A model generated the notes under the pieces. That model ran no database searches and was not told the origin of the DNA. It saw nothing but the letters and a program-made list of their open reading frames with translations. A stretch of DNA of 64,000 bases. Origin: Camelus ferus. Taxonomy: Eukaryota. How positions within the stretch are numbered: the first letter of the stretch is position 1; each line of letters opens with the position of its first letter. The DNA is taken from positions 63,736,001-63,800,000 of the forward strand of contig NC_045705.1 of assembly GCF_009834535.1 (NCBI RefSeq). The letters are read 5' to 3'. Shown here one piece after another: positions 58,701 to 64,000 of this stretch. A program made the translations under genes and the position numbers.

Positions 58701-59599
58701 GAAATATACATACGGAGGTGGGACCAGGCTGAGGCAGAGCAGGTAAGTCTCAGGACGTCTGCTTCTTATGGATTGTCAACATTCCTCCCACTCCCACCCC
58801 CCACCCGCCCCCAATTCAGGGGTACATCCTTCCGGGGGAATTCTCTATGTCCGCTCGTGCTTTATGCCGGGATACACTTGGAGGGGAGAAGGGCTGCCTC
58901 GTAGTAGGAAAGGGTGACCTGTATTAGAGGTAGCACATCATTTCGAGCTTCCCCACATCTTCCCACGGGAAGACTGCAAGGGAAGGAGAATAGAGACAAA
59001 ACCAAGGGAATAAAGGGTGTTCTACCAGGAACTGAACTTAGTTTCCTGTGATGTTTCTACAGGTTCCAGGGGTACCCAATGAACTTGGGGCACTTTCAGG
59101 AATAGAAGCTTTTCAACTGTTGATGAATTCCTGAGCCCTAAAAGGTCCTGGAGATATTTCTCTCACTCCAGAGGAAGAAACAGTAAAAGTAACCTGGTGA
59201 AGCTCCTGAAAACAGTGAAAGTAACCTCCTGAAGTGGGGAGCTACCCCTGTTCTGTTCAGGAGCATGCTTAGTTCCTTCTTGGTGCCCATGAAAACTCCT
59301 GGGAAGATCAAGTCTGTTTTAACCCCCGCATCCTCAGTCTCTGGCATATAGCAGGCATTCAAATATCTAACGAATGTGTTGTACTATTTGTACTTAAATG
59401 GCAAGCAGGGCATAGAAGGCACTAAAATAACCTCTTCTACGGTATCACAGCGTTGGGCAAATTCCAGAGGAGTAAGTGAAAATTTCCAAGTCAGCTCAGA
59501 CTTGGTAAACAGCTATAAGTGCTCAACAAAATGTAATCTTGGTATTAGGTTTAAGGGAGCAGGGGAGCTTTTGCTCAATTTTTCTACACACTCAATTCT

Positions 59600-59709
59600 T
59601 TATTATGTTCTTAAGGGAACACTTCACCCTTCTGCATGTCATCCTTGTGCAGGGACCATGTTTCCCCGTATTGTCCCAAATTTAGCATATGTGCTGCTGA
59701 AGGGAGCAC
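59600..59709 (-). pseudogene. Degenerate U6 snRNA retrocopy
   Basis: The reverse complement reads GTGCTCCCTTCAGCAGCACATATGCTAAATTTGGGACAATACGGGGAAACATGGTCCCTGCACAAGGATGACATGCAGAAGGGTGAAGTGTTCC, colinear with U6. It carries many CpG-type changes, has lost the ACAGAGA box and is followed by an A-rich tail. Confidence 0.88.
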
Positions 59710-62700
59710 TTAATTTTCATACTCATCAGATTGGGGGGAAAGGGGACTTAACGGTTACTAGAGACAAGGTGTGAGCTTTAAGTAACCATTTAAAATTAGC
59801 TGCAACACTGAGTAACTTTAAATATCCTAGCAGATGGGCAGACACTGAAATCAAGGACAGCCTTTGGGTCCAAAGCTGTAAGCCCCTGGGGTGGGAACCT
59901 GTGTCACATAGAGGGAAGAGTTAGAGCAGTATCTAGTTCTGCATCACTACTACTTCAAAACACTGACGTCTTGGGCCTGTGGCATCCCAGCCTTAATAAA
60001 TCCCTCACCATTTATTAGAAGTTACAATCAAGATCAGTTCAGTGCTAGAAATGCAATAGTGCTTTTAATTATAGTTACCTTCTCATTCTACAAACTCACT
60101 AGGAAAGAATCCCCATCAAGTATCTTCTGTTGAATAAGTACCCTTTTCCTCTTAAGTGATTATTCATTAATAAACTTACTTGGCTTCTAAATGGAACCCT
60201 ACATTTAACTTCAAGCATCCAAATGGTGTGAGTATAGGCCAAATACACAGAGGTCATGAGTTATAATTTTTCTTCTACTCCAGTGAGTCTTAGTAAAAGC
60301 ATTAAGCCGGCAATCCCTGAGGGAAGGTATGGCAGAAGAGGAGGGGAATCAGCCATGAAAGAGGAAAGCCATTCTTGGTTGGAACCCAGGACCCTTGAGG
60401 AAGCAGCATCAGAAATCAATCAATCCCCAATGACACACTCCACCCAGTCAGTGCAGCCACAGGACATAGGGTGAATTCAATCCAAACGGTTATTTATTCT
60501 AAAACTGGAAGCTACCGTCGTGCCTACATTTTTGCCAGAATGTTGTAGTGACAACAGGGGAGGAAAAAGTTACAGGTGTAAACAATGACACAGTTACATT
60601 TTTTTTTTTTAATGATAAAACCCTTTTTTACTGGCCACTTCCAAGAATGCTTTACAGGTTGTGCAAAAACATTTACAGGCTCCATGTGGTGTTTGTTTTT
60701 CTCACAAGCTTTTCCATCTACAGTAACTACGACAGACGTCCGATTAAACACTAAACAAGCCTTCTAAGGAAAACAAGGCTAGAGATCCCTCCTGTTAATC
60801 CACATTTTCCCCCTTAACATTTTTTTTTCATAATAAAAAGACAAAAACAAAACCCAGACATCTACTGTTGTTTTGAGTGATCTCTTGGACTAAACTGACA
60901 AGGACGTGGCAGTTTCACTCTCCACCCACCTAGAAAAAGTTTTTTTTTTTTTTAAAGATGACTTTCTAGTGTCAAAAATTAACAGCAAGTACCTCCCCTA
61001 ACCCTCCTCCCTCCAAACCCCAAAGCGGCTTAAACTTCGTCTCCCTGGCCCTGAGGGCCTAGCATCCCTAAACCACGTCATAACTATAAAAAGATGCTGT
61101 ATGCTGAGGACTAAACATTTGAAAAGGGGTGGCAGCTTCTGCCTCAAATTCAATTTTCTGTTACAACATAATCTTGTCCTAAGGGAATTTCTTTGGGCTC
61201 CAGTTTTTATCTCCTTGCCCTGCTACTATGAGCAAAGCTTTCTCAAAAACTCCCTTAATAATAATGAAAAGTTAGTGGGTTACAGAAAAGTTCATGCAAT
61301 CACTTCACCCACTGCCACACACAAATCCATTTGACAGCACCACACAAAAAGCAGGTGCCAAGAGAAAGGACACATCGTTAGGGGCAAGCAAACATTATCG
61401 CCTACTAGCCACCCATTCCAGCCTCCAGGTCAGAGGTACTTGTGGAGCAGAAGGGTGTGTCACTGACAGGGGCAACTGGAGGGCCAGGATGAGGGCCTGG
61501 GCACCCTCATGGGCGTGGAGTAACAGTGGGAGAAGGAGAGAAAGATCGAATCTCAGCGCAAAATTTTAAACAGAGAACTGCCCAGGTGAGGAAATGACAG
61601 TGAAGCATTTTCTAGTAGCACAACCCAGGGTTCTCGCTAGTGTGTGGTGTTCGCTGAGTAAGCTCTTGGCTGAACAATGCTGAGCAGGAAGGTGAATTAA
61701 AACTGAAGCTCAGTATTGAAAGAACATTCTCCTATCCCACCCATGTTCTTGAACCAGCAACCTGAAGTTGTCTTATCAAGAACTGGGAGGGTTTTTATGG
61801 TAAAGTTAACATACAAAAACTAGCCCAACTGAAGTCTCCTGGCTAGAGGCCTCTCTGGGGACACGCAGGGAAAGCACCCCAGGAGGAATCCTGTTTTGGG
61901 AAGTTGGGAAGGGGTGCTTCCTTTCATGCACACGCTACACACGCTCACACTCACGCTCTTCCCCCAAGTTTCAGCAGCCCCTCTGAGCTGCCTCCCACCC
62001 CCCACCCTCCCCTTTTCTACTCACTCTCTACCTGTGTATCAAAAAAGCCAGCAGGGCCCTGGCCCTCCGCACTGTATAAAATAGCTGCTATTCTCAGCAC
62101 CCGGGCCTGGTTGCCCACACCACAGGATTCACCTATATACACATCCTGCTGCAGTGAAAAGAATCCTGCTTCGTTTCTGTGTGAGCTGAAACCCTGAGAA
62201 ACGTTCCTTCTCTCGAACTATAAGAGGACAGATTCTCTAACAGAGATGATTTCAGAGACTTACCACCTGTCTCAATCTTGGAAGACAGAGTAGAGACTGG
62301 CAAATCACAATCTTCAGGCTGAGGGCTGCAATCCCAACTCTTCCCCAAGATTTTATGGAAATCCATTAACTGGCTGCAAGCTGTTCTGCTCTGCAATCAG
62401 GGACAGTCCCTGTGCCTCCCTGGCCTGGGATTCTATATAACAGAACCACCCAGGTGGCAGTATCCATGCCTCAGCCAAACAGCACAAAGGCACGGAACGT
62501 GGAGACAGGGACACTATGGCCTCCCAGCCCACCAGACCACTTATCCCAAGAGGGAAAGGTCAGTAAAGAAAATACAAACGGTTAGTTGGTGCAAGTGATT
62601 GATAAGAGCCAATCGTTTATTGTCACTGCCCCAGTCACAAGCTCTCCCTCCATCCCCACTCCTGCCTGCTATGGAGAGTGCCCTCACAGCTTCCTTCCCC

Positions 62701-62804
62701 GCCCTCTCCGACCACCTCACCATCACTCTCCCTCACTCGGCTGCCAGTCCAGCTGCCTTACAAAGTCAGAAGGGTGACATTTTCAGTTCTTTTCCTGGCT
62801 GACT

Positions 62805-63811
62805 NNNNNNNNNNNNNNNNNNNNNNNNNNNNNNNNNNNNNNNNNNNNNNNNNNNNNNNNNNNNNNNNNNNNNNNNNNNNNNNNNNNNNNNNNNNNNNNN
62901 NNNNNNNNNNNNNNNNNNNNNNNNNNNNNNNNNNNNNNNNNNNNNNNNNNNNCGCCTCCCCCCTCCCCCACCCCTGCTTGCGCACCCTCCCCCCACCGCC
63001 CCTCCCCGGCAGCTCAGCCCCACCCAGACAGCCCCTGTTTTCCTTGGTTGTGTTTTGGGGGGNNNNNNNNNNNNNNNNNNNNNNNNNNNNNNNNNNNNNN
63101 NNNNNNNNNNNNNNNNNNNNNNNNNNNNNNNNNNNNNNNNNNNNNNNNNNNNNNNNNNNNNNNNNNNNNNNNNNNNNNNNNNNNNNNNNNNNNNNNNNNN
63201 NNTAGAAGAGAGGGGAAACCCCGTCACTCGGAGCCACAGCTGGTCGAGGAGAGGCATGACCCGCACTCCTCCGGTCCTGCCCCCCTTGCCTCGCTATCCC
63301 CAGGTGATACTTACATCCCGATTGTACTGTCTGTAATAGTCTCTGTATCTGTTGTAGTCATAATCTCGCCCATAATATCGATCATAGTCTCCCCTGTATC
63401 GATCGTAGAAATTACGGTAACCCTGAGAAAGGAGAAAGAGAAGGGGTGAGGATTTATGGGGTTTTCAGCATCAGAATCCACTGCTATCCCCCATCTTAAA
63501 CGAGACACATCTTAGCTTCATATCATAAACAGGCTTAATCTTCCCATGATAAATTCTTCAGAGGAATAAATGAAATGGGCAAAACCCTAAGCCCTGAGAA
63601 AACAGCCCAAACCACTCTGCTCCCCCAAGCCAATAGGAATGGCTATCNNNNNNNNNNNNNNNNNNNNNNNNNNNNNNNNNNNNNNNNNNNNNNNNNNNNN
63701 NNNNNNNNNNNNNNNNNNNNNNNNNNNNNNNNNNNNNNNNNNNNNNNNNNNNNNNNNNNNNNNNNNNNNNNNNNNNNNNNNNNNNNNNNNNNNNNNNNNN
63801 NNNNNNNNNNN
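62805..63811. other. Three assembly gaps (62805-62952, 63063-63202, 63648-63811) in the HNRNPUL2 3' end
   Basis: N runs of 148, 140 and 164 nt. Confidence 0.99.
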
Positions 63812-63817
63812 CCACAT
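63315..63817 (-). CDS. HNRNPUL2: hnRNP U-like 2, C-terminal Tyr/Arg/Gly-rich exons (partial, interrupted by gaps)
   Basis: Exon 63315-63422 reads GYRNFYDRYRGDYDRYYGRDYDYNRYRDYYRQYNRD between cag| and |gtaag. The previous exon starts at 63817 (cag|ATGTGG) and enters a gap. The terminal coding exon probably lies in gap 63063-63202. The long 3' UTR ends near AATAAA (minus) 60493-60498. Confidence 0.9.
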
Positions 63818-64000
63818 CTGAGTGGAAATCAAAAAGTCGGAGCCAAAGGCAATTCTGAGGGAATAGGAGGCCTGCTTCTGTCAGGCTTACACAATGTTAA
63901 TTAAAGCACCAGCCAGGATCTTTTAAAAAGTCTGAGAGGGGAGGGCAGAGGAATAGAGACACAAGAAAACCAAGCCACCTTGCTTCTGAAGCTCCCCAAT

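Noticed and set aside
62678-63904. ORFs running through N gaps (also near 14.0-14.5 kb and 16.7-17.1 kb)
   Set aside because: Artefacts of translating N as X.

Overview
This is mammalian nuclear DNA, not microbial: a gene-dense, CpG-island-rich block with the same gene order as human 11q12.3 (as I recall it). Young tRNA-derived SINEs (GGGAGGGTATAGCTCA...GGTCCTGGGTTCAATCCCCAGTACCTCC type) resemble those I recall from camelids, so the source is probably a camel or alpaca draft assembly with five N gaps. I read the splice sites by hand, and the summed exons give intact ORFs. Minus strand, left to right: B3GAT3 (335 aa), GANAB (943 aa, or 965 aa with a 66-nt cassette exon), INTS5 (1019 aa), C11orf98 (123 aa), LBHD1 (264 aa), UBXN1 (297 aa), LRRN4CL (233 aa), BSCL2/seipin (394 and 460 aa) and the 3' end of HNRNPUL2. 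Plus strand: SNORA57, CSKMT/METTL12 (240 aa), UQCC3 (89 aa) and GNG3 (75 aa). The most unusual stretch is 30.1-35.5 kb. There LBHD1 and C11orf98 share 254 nt read in two frames. LBHD1 intron 3 contains the C11orf98 promoter and, on the opposite strand, a TATA/5'TOP unit. That unit looks able to make either a tiny non-coding snoRNA-host RNA or CSKMT mRNA. Other leads: frame-compatible read-through chimeras (INTS5-GANAB, C11orf98-INTS5), a candidate alternative last exon in GANAB intron 1, a GC-AG intron, substitutions at conserved residues in seipin and GANAB, a U6 retrocopy and nested transposons. I found no CRISPR array, rRNA gene, true tRNA gene or wholly unknown gene system. Comparisons with human proteins and repeat families are from memory and need database confirmation.
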